Counted from the first letter of the stretch, positions 30,096 to 41,266 are shown. The stretch is DNA of 64,000 bases from Bdellovibrionales bacterium (GCA_965199825.1 OZ241329.1:800001-864000), one strand, 5' to 3'. Program-made: numbers and translations. Notes: a model not told the origin generated them from the letters alone.

Positions 30096-32783
30096 ATGCG
30101 AAAAATTATAGCTCTTGTTTTGGTGTTGTTTTTTCTTGGCGTTGCCGGTCTTGCTGGTACCGTTTTTTATGTGGCTCAAAATCTGCCGCAGATGATTACG
30201 CTTCAAGATTATGAGCCGCTTTTGGTCAGCGAAGTGTTTGATCGAAAAAATAAGAAAATTGGTGAGTTCTATCGTGAAAAACGGATTCTCACTCCGTATG
30301 CGCAGATTCCGCAATCTGTGGTGCGGGCTTTTGTCTCGGCCGAAGATGGATCGTTTTTTAAGCATGGCGGCATCAATTATCTCGCGATCTTTCGGGCGTT
30401 TGTTGAAAACATCCAGGCGGGCCGTAAAAAACAAGGTGCAAGTACGATCACGCAACAAGTGGCGCGCTCGCTTTTGCTCACCAGTGAAAAAACTTACGTG
30501 CGTAAAATTAAGGAAATCCTTTTGGCTTACCGAATGGAATCGAATCTTAAAAAAGAAGAGATTCTTTATCTTTACCTAAATCAAATTTATTTGGGTCAAG
30601 GGGCATACGGGGTGGCCGCAGCTTCAGACATTTATTTTCGTAAACCACTCAAAGATATTTCGGTGGGCGAATCGGCAATGATCGCAGGCCTTCCCCAAGC
30701 TCCTTCGCGCTACAGTCCAATTTATAATCCAAAGCGCGCCAAAGAACGTCAGATCTATGTGCTTAACCGCATGGCCGATGATGGAGCGATCACAAAAGAA
30801 GTTGCTCACGCCACCGCTAAGGAACAACTCAAGGTTTATGTGCGCGAAAATTTTCAGGACAAGGCGCCATTTTATCTCGAGACTCTAAGACAACTGTTGG
30901 TCAAAAAATTAGGCGAAGTGCCCGTGCTCGATCGTGGTTTAAAAATTTACACTGGGCTTGATCTGGATTTGCAACTCGCCGCTCAAGAAGAGGTTCGCAA
31001 AGGGTTGCGCGATCTTGATAAACGCCAAGGCTTTCGTGGTGCACTCAAACATATCGAAGCCTCTGATGAGACCGCCGCTTTTTTGAAACTCACTCGTGAC
31101 AATTTGATTGATGATCTCTCGCCGGTCAGAATCATTCGCGAAGATGGAACAATTTTAGAAAAAGGCCCGCTGAATTTGACCCAAACCGCGCCGGGCCTTC
31201 CGCCTTATGCGACCATTGGTAAAATCACACAAGGTTTGGTTACAAAAGTTGATGATCATTACGGACTTGTTTATGTGCGTTTTGCTGAAAGCAAGGCACT
31301 CATGGATCTTGAAAAAATCGCTTGGGCCGGAAAGCCCGATGCCCAAGTTTCTTCTGAAGGACGAAAAATCCGAAAGCCTTCTGAGGCACTAAAAAAAGGC
31401 GATGTGATCGAGATACAGATTCAGAATCGTGTGTTTGCTTCTGAAAGACTCGATAAAGAATTTGCCGCTCTTAAAAAAAAGATGGGCAAAAAATATCGGC
31501 CACCCGAAGATTTGCCCAACTTTAAAGAATATGCCGAGGTCACTTTAGAGCAAACGCCGCTGGTCGAGGGTGCTTTGATTTCACTTGATGAAGCCACTGC
31601 CGATGTTGTGGCAATGGTGGGCGGATATGATTTTACCAAATCAGAATTCAATCGAACCCTTCAAGCTGCAAGACAGGCCGGATCAAGTTTTAAACCGTTT
31701 GTTTATTCTTCGGCCTTGGACAAAGGATTTAATCCGACAACTCCCATTCTTGATGCCCCCATCGTTTTTGAAGAAGAAGGCGATGCCCACGAAGGCCAAG
31801 ATATAAAAACGTGGAAGCCCACCAATATCGGCAAAAAATTTGAAGGCGATATTTTATTTCGGAATGCTTTGATTCGTTCGCTCAATGTCCCGACCGTTAA
31901 AATTATCGAAAAGGTCGGTGTCGATTGGGCCGCCACTTATGCCCGACGCTTAGGAATTTTTAATCCACTCAATATGGATTTTACTTTGGCGTTGGGATCA
32001 AGTGCGGTGACCGTTTATGAAATGACCAAAGCTTTTGGGAGCATAGCAAAACTGGGGCAACGGGTGCGTCCAATGCTTGTGCATAAAGTGATGGATAAAA
32101 AAGGCAAAACGATATTAGAAAATATCAGTCTTGATGAGCGATTTGAAAATGAAATTGCCAAATCAGAAGATGACTTTGAAAAACGTCGCCTTGCCTATTT
32201 GCAGTATAAAAAAGATCCAGCAAAAAGTCCTGTGGCCAAAAAAATGGAAAAAGAACCACCCATTTTTTTTGATGATCCCAATCAGCTGATTAAGCCTCAA
32301 ACCGCTTATGTCATCACGACTTTACTTCAAGGTGTGGTCGATGACAAAGCCGGTACTGGCGGTCGAGCGCGCGCGCTCAATCGTCCCGTGGCGGGCAAGA
32401 CCGGAAGTACCAGTGGATATTACGACGGTTGGTTTATGGGTTTTACCCCTGATTATGTCACGGGGGTTTGGGTTGGTTTTGATGATGAAAAAAGTATGGG
32501 TCGTGGACAAACCGGAGGACACACCGCGCTTCCGATTTGGCTCGAATATATGAAAGCCGCACATAAAGATTTACCCCAGCACTCTTTTCCAGTACCAGAA
32601 GGTATCGTGTTCGCAAATATCGACAACCATACCGGTCTGCTCGCTTCGGCTAGTTCTAAAGATGTTGTTCGACAAGCATTTGTTGAAGGTACTGAGCCAG
32701 GCTCCCCACAATCACTTGATCAACAAAAACAGACAAAGCCTCAAGAGGAGCAAGACTTTTACAAAGAGGATCTTTCTCAATGA
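30096..32783 (+). CDS. mrcA: Class A penicillin-binding protein PBP1A
   Basis: Transglycosylase motifs EDGSFFKHGG, GASTITQQVAR, RKIKE; transpeptidase motifs GSSFKP, SLN, KTG; N-terminal TM anchor. Confidence 0.93.
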   Translation: MRKIIALVLVLFFLGVAGLAGTVFYVAQNLPQMITLQDYEPLLVSEVFDRKNKKIGEFYREKRILTPYAQIPQSVVRAFVSAEDGSFFKHGGINYLAIFRAFVENIQAGRKKQGASTITQQVARSLLLTSEKTYVRKIKEILLAYRMESNLKKEEILYLYLNQIYLGQGAYGVAAASDIYFRKPLKDISVGESAMIAGLPQAPSRYSPIYNPKRAKERQIYVLNRMADDGAITKEVAHATAKEQLKVYVRENFQDKAPFYLETLRQLLVKKLGEVPVLDRGLKIYTGLDLDLQLAAQEEVRKGLRDLDKRQGFRGALKHIEASDETAAFLKLTRDNLIDDLSPVRIIREDGTILEKGPLNLTQTAPGLPPYATIGKITQGLVTKVDDHYGLVYVRFAESKALMDLEKIAWAGKPDAQVSSEGRKIRKPSEALKKGDVIEIQIQNRVFASERLDKEFAALKKKMGKKYRPPEDLPNFKEYAEVTLEQTPLVEGALISLDEATADVVAMVGGYDFTKSEFNRTLQAARQAGSSFKPFVYSSALDKGFNPTTPILDAPIVFEEEGDAHEGQDIKTWKPTNIGKKFEGDILFRNALIRSLNVPTVKIIEKVGVDWAATYARRLGIFNPLNMDFTLALGSSAVTVYEMTKAFGSIAKLGQRVRPMLVHKVMDKKGKTILENISLDERFENEIAKSEDDFEKRRLAYLQYKKDPAKSPVAKKMEKEPPIFFDDPNQLIKPQTAYVITTLLQGVVDDKAGTGGRARALNRPVAGKTGSTSGYYDGWFMGFTPDYVTGVWVGFDDEKSMGRGQTGGHTALPIWLEYMKAAHKDLPQHSFPVPEGIVFANIDNHTGLLASASSKDVVRQAFVEGTEPGSPQSLDQQKQTKPQEEQDFYKEDLSQ

Positions 32784-35662
32784 TAAAGAGCATCAAGCTC
32801 TTAGGTGTTCGGCAAAATAATTTAAAAAATATTGACGTCGAAATTCAGATGAATTCGTTTACTGTGATTTGTGGTCCCAGCGGCTCGGGCAAAAGTTCGC
32901 TTGCGTTTGAGACTCTTTATGCCGAAGGCCAACGTCGTTATATCGAAAGCTTGTCGAATTATTCTAAACAATTTTTAAATAAAGCCCCAAAGCCTGACGT
33001 CGAGAAAATTGAAAATATTCCGCCCGCAATTTCGATCGAACAAAAAAATTCGGTCAAGAGTTCGCGATCAACTGTGGGAACCACCACAGAAATTGTTGAT
33101 TATCTCAGATTGGTTTTTGAAAAAGCCGGAAAAGTTTTTTGTCCCATCCATGCCTTGCCGCTGGATCGGGACTCAACAACCTCGGGTGCCGACAAAATGG
33201 TGCGATTGTTTGATGGAGCACGTGGATATTTGCTTGCGCCAGTAAACAAAGATCGCACTCTTCAGGGCAAAAAATTAATGGCCGAAATGATGAAGGATGG
33301 CTTTGCCCGAGTTTATTTGCCCAAAAAAACAAAACCGCAGTGGACGTCTCCTGAGCCATTCACTCTCGAAGACATGGGCACCATTGTTGAGTTGAGCGAG
33401 CTAAAAAAAGAGCCGCCCAAAGATTTGTTCTATATTATTATTGATCGCGCGGTGGTGAAAGCGGATGAGCGGGATCGTTTAGCCGATTCTCTTTCCCAAG
33501 CGTATCATGCCTCTTTAAAATACAATATGCAGTTGATCGCAGGCACTGCGATCTTTTTGACTACCGAAGGTAAACGTCTTTTATTGAGTGATGAGCACTC
33601 CTGCTCGGTCTGTGGCTATAAATTTCCTAATATTACTTCGGCACTTTTTAGTTTCAATAGTCCTGTAGGGGCCTGCCAAACTTGTAATGGGTTTGGAAAT
33701 ATTCTTACCATTGATGAATCTAAGGTGGTTCCGAATCCTAAGCTTCCCTTGAGCAAGGGGGCAATCACTCCTTTTGCAATGCCCTCGGCAGCAGCAGACA
33801 AAAAAGCCCTTTATGCATTTTGCAAAAAAGCAAAAATTGATCTCAACACTCCTTGGGAAGAGTTGCCGCGCGAAGAGCGCGCCCTTATTTGGAATGGCAA
33901 AGATAAATTTTGGGGTGTTAAAGGTCTGTTTGAATATTTAGAAACCAAAAAATATAAAATGCACGTCCGTGTGTTTTTATCCCGCTACAAATCTCCACAC
34001 CTCTGCACAACTTGTAATGGCACTCGATTAAAACCCGAATCCAATCAAGTGGTGGTTGGCGAGCGCAGTATTTCGCAATTGTGCGACTTAACCGTTGATG
34101 ATTTAAGTGATTTTATGACCGCACTCAAACTCGATATTCAATCCGAAACGGTTTGTGTTGAGCCTTTAAGACAAGTCAAATCACGATTACAATTTTTAAA
34201 AGATGTGGGCGTAGGGTATTTGTCGCTCAATCGTCCGACTCGAACTTTATCGGGCGGCGAGTTTCAAAGATTGATTTTGGCAAACCAACTCGGAATGGGT
34301 TTGTCACAAACACTTTATGTTTTGGATGAACCCACCGTTGGATTGCATCCGCGTGACAATGATCGGCTTATTAAAATTTTAAAGGGTTTGCGCTCTTTGG
34401 GCAATACCCTTGTTGTGGTCGAGCATGACCAAGACGTTATTAAGAGCGCCACTCATATTTTAGAAATGGGCCCAGGGTCGGGACATCTTGGTGGCGAGCT
34501 GATTTATTCTGGACCACTCGAAAAGTTTTGGACCTCAGAAAAATCGGTCACGGTCCCCTATCTTTTGAATCATTCAAAAAATGCAACTCGCGAACTTAAA
34601 AGTGTGGATATTCCTTCGCACAAATATGTTTTGAATATCAAAGGGTGCACCGGTCACAATCTTAAAAATATTGATGTGGTGATTCCTCTTCACCGTATGG
34701 TTACGGTCACTGGAGTTTCGGGCTCGGGCAAATCCACTTTGGTGACACACACTCTGTTTCCGGCACTTGCTCGAGAACTTGAAATTGACTATTTGCCTAC
34801 ACAACCCTATCGATCGCTCACAGGCCAAAAACATTTAAAAAATGTTGTGCTGGTTGATCAATCCTCGATTGGCAAAACCGCACGATCTTCACCCGTTACC
34901 TATCTAAAAATCTATGATGCCATTCGGACTTTGATGGCTTCAACCAATGAGGCGCGGGCACTTGCACTCTCGGCTGGTTCGTTCAGTTTAAATATTGAAG
35001 GCGGACGTTGTCCTGCATGTAAAGGTTTGGGCTACGAACTTGTCGACATGGTTTTTATGGATGACATCGAAATCAAGTGTGAAACTTGTGATGGCAAACG
35101 TTTTCGACCAGAAGTTTTGGGCACCACATTTATGGGTAAAAACATAAATGAGATTTTGAATATGACCGTGTTAGAAGCGATGGAATTTTTTGTGTCCTAC
35201 CCTAACATTCGAAAGCCCTTGGTTTTGTTAAAAGAAGTTGGGTTAGAATATATTCGGCTGGGTCAAAGTGCGAGTTCACTCAGTGGTGGCGAATCGCAAA
35301 GATTAAAAATTGCGCGTGAACTTTTAGAGACTCAACAAAAAGACACTCTCTACATTTTGGATGAGCCCACCACCGGACTCCACTTTCGCGAAGTTCATTT
35401 GTTGCTTTCGGTTTTAAACAAACTGATCGAAAATGGCGGAAGCGTTATTTTGATTGAGCATAATCTTGAGGTCATTCGATCTTCTGATTACGTGATCGAT
35501 ATCGGACCCGAGGGTGGGGCACACGGGGGCGAGGTTGTCGCGGTAGGTAGCCCAAATGAAATTACCAAAGCAAAACTCAGCCACACCGGCCGCTATTTAA
35601 AAGAATATTTAGAAAGTGGCAAACGTGCGCCGGAGAAATTAAATCATGAAATACGTCTTTGA
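32780..35662 (+). CDS. uvrA: Excinuclease ABC subunit UvrA
   Basis: GPSGSGKSSLAFETLYAEGQRRY, Zn fingers, LSGGE twice, second Walker A GVSGSGKST. Confidence 0.95.
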   Translation: MIKSIKLLGVRQNNLKNIDVEIQMNSFTVICGPSGSGKSSLAFETLYAEGQRRYIESLSNYSKQFLNKAPKPDVEKIENIPPAISIEQKNSVKSSRSTVGTTTEIVDYLRLVFEKAGKVFCPIHALPLDRDSTTSGADKMVRLFDGARGYLLAPVNKDRTLQGKKLMAEMMKDGFARVYLPKKTKPQWTSPEPFTLEDMGTIVELSELKKEPPKDLFYIIIDRAVVKADERDRLADSLSQAYHASLKYNMQLIAGTAIFLTTEGKRLLLSDEHSCSVCGYKFPNITSALFSFNSPVGACQTCNGFGNILTIDESKVVPNPKLPLSKGAITPFAMPSAAADKKALYAFCKKAKIDLNTPWEELPREERALIWNGKDKFWGVKGLFEYLETKKYKMHVRVFLSRYKSPHLCTTCNGTRLKPESNQVVVGERSISQLCDLTVDDLSDFMTALKLDIQSETVCVEPLRQVKSRLQFLKDVGVGYLSLNRPTRTLSGGEFQRLILANQLGMGLSQTLYVLDEPTVGLHPRDNDRLIKILKGLRSLGNTLVVVEHDQDVIKSATHILEMGPGSGHLGGELIYSGPLEKFWTSEKSVTVPYLLNHSKNATRELKSVDIPSHKYVLNIKGCTGHNLKNIDVVIPLHRMVTVTGVSGSGKSTLVTHTLFPALARELEIDYLPTQPYRSLTGQKHLKNVVLVDQSSIGKTARSSPVTYLKIYDAIRTLMASTNEARALALSAGSFSLNIEGGRCPACKGLGYELVDMVFMDDIEIKCETCDGKRFRPEVLGTTFMGKNINEILNMTVLEAMEFFVSYPNIRKPLVLLKEVGLEYIRLGQSASSLSGGESQRLKIARELLETQQKDTLYILDEPTTGLHFREVHLLLSVLNKLIENGGSVILIEHNLEVIRSSDYVIDIGPEGGAHGGEVVAVGSPNEITKAKLSHTGRYLKEYLESGKRAPEKLNHEIRL

Positions 35663-37373
35663 TAAGCTGTGGCCCGAACTTCGTCTTCATAAACGAACTT
35701 TGTTTTGGGTGATGCTTGTGGGCGCTTTAACAAGTGCTCTTAAAGCGGTTACACCTGAATTGATTCGCCAGCTGCAAATCGCATGGACCCACGGAGATAG
35801 AGTTCGCGCTTATCAATTGCCATTTGTGGTTGCGTTGGTTTGGTCGATATCGGGTGTGGGTCGATTTTATCATATCGCTTGGATGAAGTTTGCGAGCGAT
35901 CTTGTCGCGGTCAATTTGCGCAGGCGATTGATGAACAAATATTTGTCGCTCAATTTGAGTTTTCATCAAAAATTTGTAAGTGGTTCTGGCGGCCTGATTA
36001 GCCGGATGATTAATGACATCAATGTGATTCAAGGCGGAATTCATAAGGTCGCCGATGTGCTGCGCGAACCTTTTATGGCGGTCTTTGCTTTGGGCTATGT
36101 TGTTTATCTCGACTGGAGACTTACCCTCTTTGTGGGTGCAGCCTCTCCTATTGTGATGACCATTATGAAGAACCTTGCGCGATCTTTAAGAAAGTATGGA
36201 CGCAATCACCAACAAACCATGGAGGATCTCACAAAAACTTTAAAAGAGAGCCTCGACGGAACACGCATCGTGCAGAGTTTTAATTTAGAAAATGAAATGC
36301 GTCGACGGTTTGAGGCCCAATCCGTTGATTACATTAGAAACTCGAGAGCGATTACCATACGAGAAGAAGTCTCTGGTCCAGTTTCTGAAACCCTTGCGGC
36401 CATTACACTTGCTGTGATTTTGGTTTACATCGGAAATCAGATTTTGGCCGGCACACTGACGGTGGGTGATTTTATTGGATTTTCATTTGCGGTGGGGCTC
36501 TTGCAAGATTCTATTAAAAAAATGCAAGATGGTTACATTCGCATCCAACAGGCCTCGGTTGCGCTTGAGCGTCTTTACGCAATCCTTGATGACACCAATA
36601 CGATACCGCTTGCCCAAAATGCAAAATCATTTCCGCTCAACTGGCAGAAAATTGAATTTCGAAATGTTTCGTTTAAATTTGATCAAGAATTGATTTTGAA
36701 GAATATCAATCTGACTGTTCAACGTGGCGAGCTGGTTGCGATTGTTGGTTCAAGCGGTGGGGGCAAGTCTACTCTCGTTAATTTGCTTCCTCGGTTTTTT
36801 GATCCCAGCGAAGGTGAAATCCTTATCGATAATATTCCTATCAAAGATTTGGATTTAACTGAGCTCCGATCAAAAGTGGGCCTTGTTTCACAAGATGTGT
36901 TTTTGTTTGGTGATACCATCGAGCGCAATATTCATGCGGGTGACTTTAGCAAAGAAGGTTCGGGCATCGAGCGTGCGGCAAAACTGGCCAACGCCTCAAC
37001 ATTTATCGCTAAAACTCCTCAAGGTTTTGACACACGCATTGGCGATATGGGTTCGAATTTATCAGGTGGCGAAAAGCAGCGACTGAGCATTGCCCGCGCG
37101 ATTTTTAAAGATGCTCCGATTTTGGTATTGGACGAAGCCACAAGTGCACTTGATTCTGAGTCCGAACGCGAAGTGCAAAAGGGGCTTGATGAATTAATGC
37201 AAGGCCGGACCGCATTTGTGATTGCTCATCGTCTTTCGACAATTGCTAAGGCCACGCGTATTTTGGTTATTCGAAAAGGTGAAATCATTGAGCAAGGATC
37301 GCATCAGCAATTGATCTCCAACAATGGAGAGTACGCTAAATTTTTATCTCTTCAGCAGTCGCCCCAGATTTAG
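35646..37373 (+). CDS. msbA: ABC transporter permease/ATPase, MsbA-like
   Basis: Six-TM domain plus GSSGGGKST, LSGGEKQR, ILVLDEATSALD, IAHRLST. Confidence 0.8.
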   Translation: MKYVFDKLWPELRLHKRTLFWVMLVGALTSALKAVTPELIRQLQIAWTHGDRVRAYQLPFVVALVWSISGVGRFYHIAWMKFASDLVAVNLRRRLMNKYLSLNLSFHQKFVSGSGGLISRMINDINVIQGGIHKVADVLREPFMAVFALGYVVYLDWRLTLFVGAASPIVMTIMKNLARSLRKYGRNHQQTMEDLTKTLKESLDGTRIVQSFNLENEMRRRFEAQSVDYIRNSRAITIREEVSGPVSETLAAITLAVILVYIGNQILAGTLTVGDFIGFSFAVGLLQDSIKKMQDGYIRIQQASVALERLYAILDDTNTIPLAQNAKSFPLNWQKIEFRNVSFKFDQELILKNINLTVQRGELVAIVGSSGGGKSTLVNLLPRFFDPSEGEILIDNIPIKDLDLTELRSKVGLVSQDVFLFGDTIERNIHAGDFSKEGSGIERAAKLANASTFIAKTPQGFDTRIGDMGSNLSGGEKQRLSIARAIFKDAPILVLDEATSALDSESEREVQKGLDELMQGRTAFVIAHRLSTIAKATRILVIRKGEIIEQGSHQQLISNNGEYAKFLSLQQSPQI

Positions 37374-38527
37374 AGTGATGCAGATACCGAATGCTGCTGT
37401 TTTGTAGGAGCAATGGCGGCTTCGAGATTGGAGATTTTGTGCCAGGTTTTTTCCCAAGATAAATTTTTGAGATGTTGATCCACTCGTTTGAGCCAATGCT
37501 CGCGGTCCTCAGCGGCCATTGCGTTTTTTATACTTTCGATAAATTCATCTGGTCCTTGGGCAATTCCAACCAGTTTGGATTCACCAAAAGCTTCAGCAAC
37601 ATCCGGCAAGGGAGTCGACACCACAGGCTTCGCCGCCGACAAACATTCAAGAATTCTTAAAGGATTAAGGACCTCGGTATTCTCATTGATTTGATAGGGC
37701 AAAATGGCACAGTCCCAATTGGCGAGATAAGCCGGAAGTTCGTCATATTCTTTTTTGCCTAAATAAAAAATATTTTGACGTTTCGGGAGGTGGACACCTT
37801 GAGAGGTGTCGATGGGACCGATAAGCACAAAATTCCATTGTGGTTTTTGACATGCTATTTGATCGATAAGTTTAAAATTGACACGATGATCGAGAATTCC
37901 AAAATATCCTATGCGCACTCCACCGATCCGGGCCTGATCACAAGGATCAGGGAGCACTCGACGGGCAAGACCAAAATGTTGTGGGTCCAAACTACTCGGA
38001 CAAAAGTGCACATTAAAATGAGCCCGCCGTTTTTCTTTATAAAGCGCCCGACTGTTTGTAAGGACCAAATCGCTTTTATTTAGCAGTTGTTGTTCGGCTT
38101 GTTTGTCGATATTTCGGTTGAGTTCCGCTGTGCAGTCATAAATCGTGAGTCGAGGCTTTAAATGGCTACTATAGCTCAAGGCTTCTGGCGTATAGTACCA
38201 AAGAGTAAAATCATTTAAATTTTCTTCTGTGATGAGTTCATCAACCAGTTGGCAAATGTCTTGATTACTCAATTCATTGCGTTCGGCAAGATAGGGAGTT
38301 ACCACGTTCATTCCGCATTCCATTTTGCGCACATGAAGTTGTGAAGAGAGGGTGACTCCGAATATTGGTTTTTCGATAAAAAAGACTCTGCGGTATTTCA
38401 CAAAGCGGGTCATAAGATGTTGTGGTCTTTGGAAGATAAAATTCCAGCGCGTCTCGGAAAAAACAAGGAGATCAGAAATTTCACATGGAGTTAGCAAACT
38501 TGAACCCACTTTCATACAACCCGTCAC
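37370..38527 (-). CDS. Glycosyltransferase (GT-B, group 1)
   Basis: RWNFIFQRPQHLM, IYDC, IGYFGILDHR, ECLSAAKPVVSTPLPDV. Confidence 0.85.
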   Translation of the reverse strand: MTGCMKVGSSLLTPCEISDLLVFSETRWNFIFQRPQHLMTRFVKYRRVFFIEKPIFGVTLSSQLHVRKMECGMNVVTPYLAERNELSNQDICQLVDELITEENLNDFTLWYYTPEALSYSSHLKPRLTIYDCTAELNRNIDKQAEQQLLNKSDLVLTNSRALYKEKRRAHFNVHFCPSSLDPQHFGLARRVLPDPCDQARIGGVRIGYFGILDHRVNFKLIDQIACQKPQWNFVLIGPIDTSQGVHLPKRQNIFYLGKKEYDELPAYLANWDCAILPYQINENTEVLNPLRILECLSAAKPVVSTPLPDVAEAFGESKLVGIAQGPDEFIESIKNAMAAEDREHWLKRVDQHLKNLSWEKTWHKISNLEAAIAPTKQQHSVSASL

Positions 38528-38594
38528 TCATCGAGATAGCATCTATATCCATTGGAGTTAATTTATTTTGTCGATTGAGTTTGATGAGGTGCCA

Positions 38595-40589
38595 ATGACG
38601 AACTGGACTCGTGGTTTAAATCAAGAACAGCAACAAGCGGTTCTTCACTCCAATGGGCCTTTGCTTATCCTTGCTGGAGCAGGTTCGGGCAAAACCACCG
38701 TGCTCGTTTCACGCACTGGACAACTCATCGAGCATCACAATATTGCTGCCGAAAAAATTTGTGTTCTTACCTTCACAAATAAGGCGTCGCGTGAATTAAA
38801 GGAAAGAGTCGATCTCAAATTGGGTTTACAGAACCTATGGTCTGGAACATTTCATTCGTTTGGACTCCAACTGTTGCGAAGGTTTGCCAAAGTTGCGGGG
38901 CTTCCCTCAAATTTTGGAGTGATCGACCAATCAGATTCGCAAGCGATCATCAAAGACTTACTTTTAGATATTAAAAATTACTCCAAGGATTCATTTAAAA
39001 CCGAAAAATTGATTTCGATGATCAACGAAAAGCGCCAAGGTCTAACTACCTCCATCGAAGTGGATGAGTACGAAGAGATGGCCGTCGTACTTTTGCCAAA
39101 ATACCTGAAGCGTTTAGAGATGCTGGGTGTTTTAGACTTTGAAGCTTTATTGATTGAGCCATTAAAATTGTTTGAGAAACATCCAAAAGTTTTAGATCAA
39201 CTTCAAGATCAATTTTCACATCTGATGGTCGATGAGTTTCAAGACACCAATGCCCTTCAGTTTAGGTTGGTCAAGGCGTTGAGTGCGCGCGAAAATAATC
39301 TGGCGGTGGTTGGTGATGATGATCAATCGATCTATGGATGGCGCGGAGCGTGTGTTTCAAATATTTTAGATTTTCCGAAACATTTTAAAGACTGCAAAGT
39401 GGTTCGTCTCGAGCGCAATTACCGCTCAACTCCTGCAATCTTGAGTGTGGCGAATGCGGTGATTGGCAAAAACGAAAATCGCTACGGTAAGATTTTAAAA
39501 TGCGATCCCCAAGCCCTTGATGGAGATAAACCAGAATTATTTGTATACGAAACCGACGATATCGAAACCGAAGAGGTCACCACCCACATTCAACATTATC
39601 TCACCCAAGGATTTAGCCTTAAAGATATGGCGGTTCTTTACCGCTCAAACGGCCAAGGCGGAATGATTGAAGCTGGTTTGCGCAAAGCCCAAATTGCGTA
39701 CAGCATTACTGGAGGCACTGGACTTTTTGATCGCCGCGAAAGCAAAGACATCTTGGCTTACTTGCGCTGCTCGGTCAGTCCCAACGAAATTGCATTCCGG
39801 CGTATTCTGAATGTGCCCGCTCGTGGAATAGGTGAAGCCACAATTGAGCGGATTAATGTTTTTGCAGAAACTCATGGAATCAAATTTCATATCGCCGCAC
39901 GTGGCTGGAAAAAAGCGGGCGTGGGTGAAAAAATTGGCGGTCAAATCGACCAGCTGTTTTTAACCCTCGACCATATGGCAGCCGAAATCTTATCGGGGCC
40001 CGAGGTCGGTCAACTGTTGGCTAAACAAATGATCAAGATCGGTTACCGAAACCATCTGCAGTTACAAAGTAAACAAAAAGGATCGCTCGAAAAAAAATGG
40101 GCGATTGTCGAAATCGTCGGGCGAATATTAGAGACTTACGTTGAGCGCGGTCAAAGAGATGAAGCCACCTTGCTCAAATTTCTAGATGCAATGGAACTCC
40201 GAGATCTAGATTTAAAAGAAAATAAGGAAGATCGTGTTCAGCTTTTAACTCTGCACGCATGCAAAGGATTAGAATTTCCGGTGGTGATTTTTGTGGGATG
40301 CGAAGAAGATTTAATCCCCCACCGCATTCTGGGCTCCGATGTTTCCGAAGAACGGCGCTTATTTTATGTGGGACTGACCCGGGCGAAAAAACATTTGGTC
40401 CTCACCCGTGCCCAGACTCGCAAACGTTTTGGAAAATGGCAGCCCTGCGCGCCCTCGCGATTTTTATTAGAAATTCCTTCTGAAATGTTAACCGCCTATG
40501 CCTCGGGCTTTCGTCCATTACCCGAGGTCAATCGTAAACAGATGCTTGCAGATTTATTTGCCAAGATTGATCGTAAGGCGCAGTTGTGA
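38595..40589 (+). CDS. UvrD/Rep/PcrA family DNA helicase
   Basis: AGAGSGKT, TFTNKA, VDEFQDTN, VGDDDQSIYGWRGA, LERNYRS, HACKGLEF, EERRLFYVGLTRA; RBS GAGGT before ATG 38595. Confidence 0.95.
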   Translation: MTNWTRGLNQEQQQAVLHSNGPLLILAGAGSGKTTVLVSRTGQLIEHHNIAAEKICVLTFTNKASRELKERVDLKLGLQNLWSGTFHSFGLQLLRRFAKVAGLPSNFGVIDQSDSQAIIKDLLLDIKNYSKDSFKTEKLISMINEKRQGLTTSIEVDEYEEMAVVLLPKYLKRLEMLGVLDFEALLIEPLKLFEKHPKVLDQLQDQFSHLMVDEFQDTNALQFRLVKALSARENNLAVVGDDDQSIYGWRGACVSNILDFPKHFKDCKVVRLERNYRSTPAILSVANAVIGKNENRYGKILKCDPQALDGDKPELFVYETDDIETEEVTTHIQHYLTQGFSLKDMAVLYRSNGQGGMIEAGLRKAQIAYSITGGTGLFDRRESKDILAYLRCSVSPNEIAFRRILNVPARGIGEATIERINVFAETHGIKFHIAARGWKKAGVGEKIGGQIDQLFLTLDHMAAEILSGPEVGQLLAKQMIKIGYRNHLQLQSKQKGSLEKKWAIVEIVGRILETYVERGQRDEATLLKFLDAMELRDLDLKENKEDRVQLLTLHACKGLEFPVVIFVGCEEDLIPHRILGSDVSEERRLFYVGLTRAKKHLVLTRAQTRKRFGKWQPCAPSRFLLEIPSEMLTAYASGFRPLPEVNRKQMLADLFAKIDRKAQL

Positions 40590-40597
40590 TTTTATTT

Positions 40598-41266
40598 TCA
40601 ACCGGTTTTTTCCGCTCTGTGATGGGCACGATGATGTCCGCTGCATAAAAGCGTCAGATTTTGTTCTATGTTTGTGCCGCCTTGTGATCGTGGGATGATA
40701 TGATGAATATCAAGATGACGGCGTTCAGTGCATCTAATGCCGTCTGCATCTTTGAATGTGCATTGACTGTTATGAACTTGATGAAGTTTTCGCTTAAGAG
40801 TGATGGTCAATTTTGTCGTGCCCGCTGATTTCTGATGTATCGGTTTTTTCAACGGATCAAGTTTTTGTTGCAACTCTTCAAGAGCTGCAAGATGAACCTC
40901 ACTGATCGAGGCTGGCCGCTTTAATTTTTGGCTTAAGAGATCTTGTGTCCGTTCAAACATTGCGAATTCTTCTTGGGTCATCGAATAAGAAATCGCAACT
41001 CGTAAAGTGTCGCCCGCTTTTTGATATCGTGCCCGTTCAGGAATTGCTTTTTCGGGTTGGACCTTTGCGATTTTATTTACAATACTTGCCATCTCTTCGG
41101 AAAGTTTTAATTCCTTGGTCGAATATTCAAAAAGCGAACGACAACCGTACTGAGAAAATGTTTTATTTTTCCAAACGAGCCCAAGCGCATTGAGCAATTC
41201 CATTTCAGATTTGCGATGAGTGTCGGCCGCTTTCTTTGCTTCGAAATGAATTTGAGAATGATTCAT
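40598..41266 (-). CDS. HNH endonuclease (paralog 3, in-frame internal deletion of 54 aa relative to paralog 2)
   Basis: Start MNHSQIHF at 41266 with RBS AACAGGAG; long identical stretches with 27474-28316; intact HNH motif RCTERRHLDIHHIIPRSQGG...NLTLLCSGHHRAHH. Confidence 0.85.
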   Translation of the reverse strand: MNHSQIHFEAKKAADTHRKSEMELLNALGLVWKNKTFSQYGCRSLFEYSTKELKLSEEMASIVNKIAKVQPEKAIPERARYQKAGDTLRVAISYSMTQEEFAMFERTQDLLSQKLKRPASISEVHLAALEELQQKLDPLKKPIHQKSAGTTKLTITLKRKLHQVHNSQCTFKDADGIRCTERRHLDIHHIIPRSQGGTNIEQNLTLLCSGHHRAHHRAEKTG

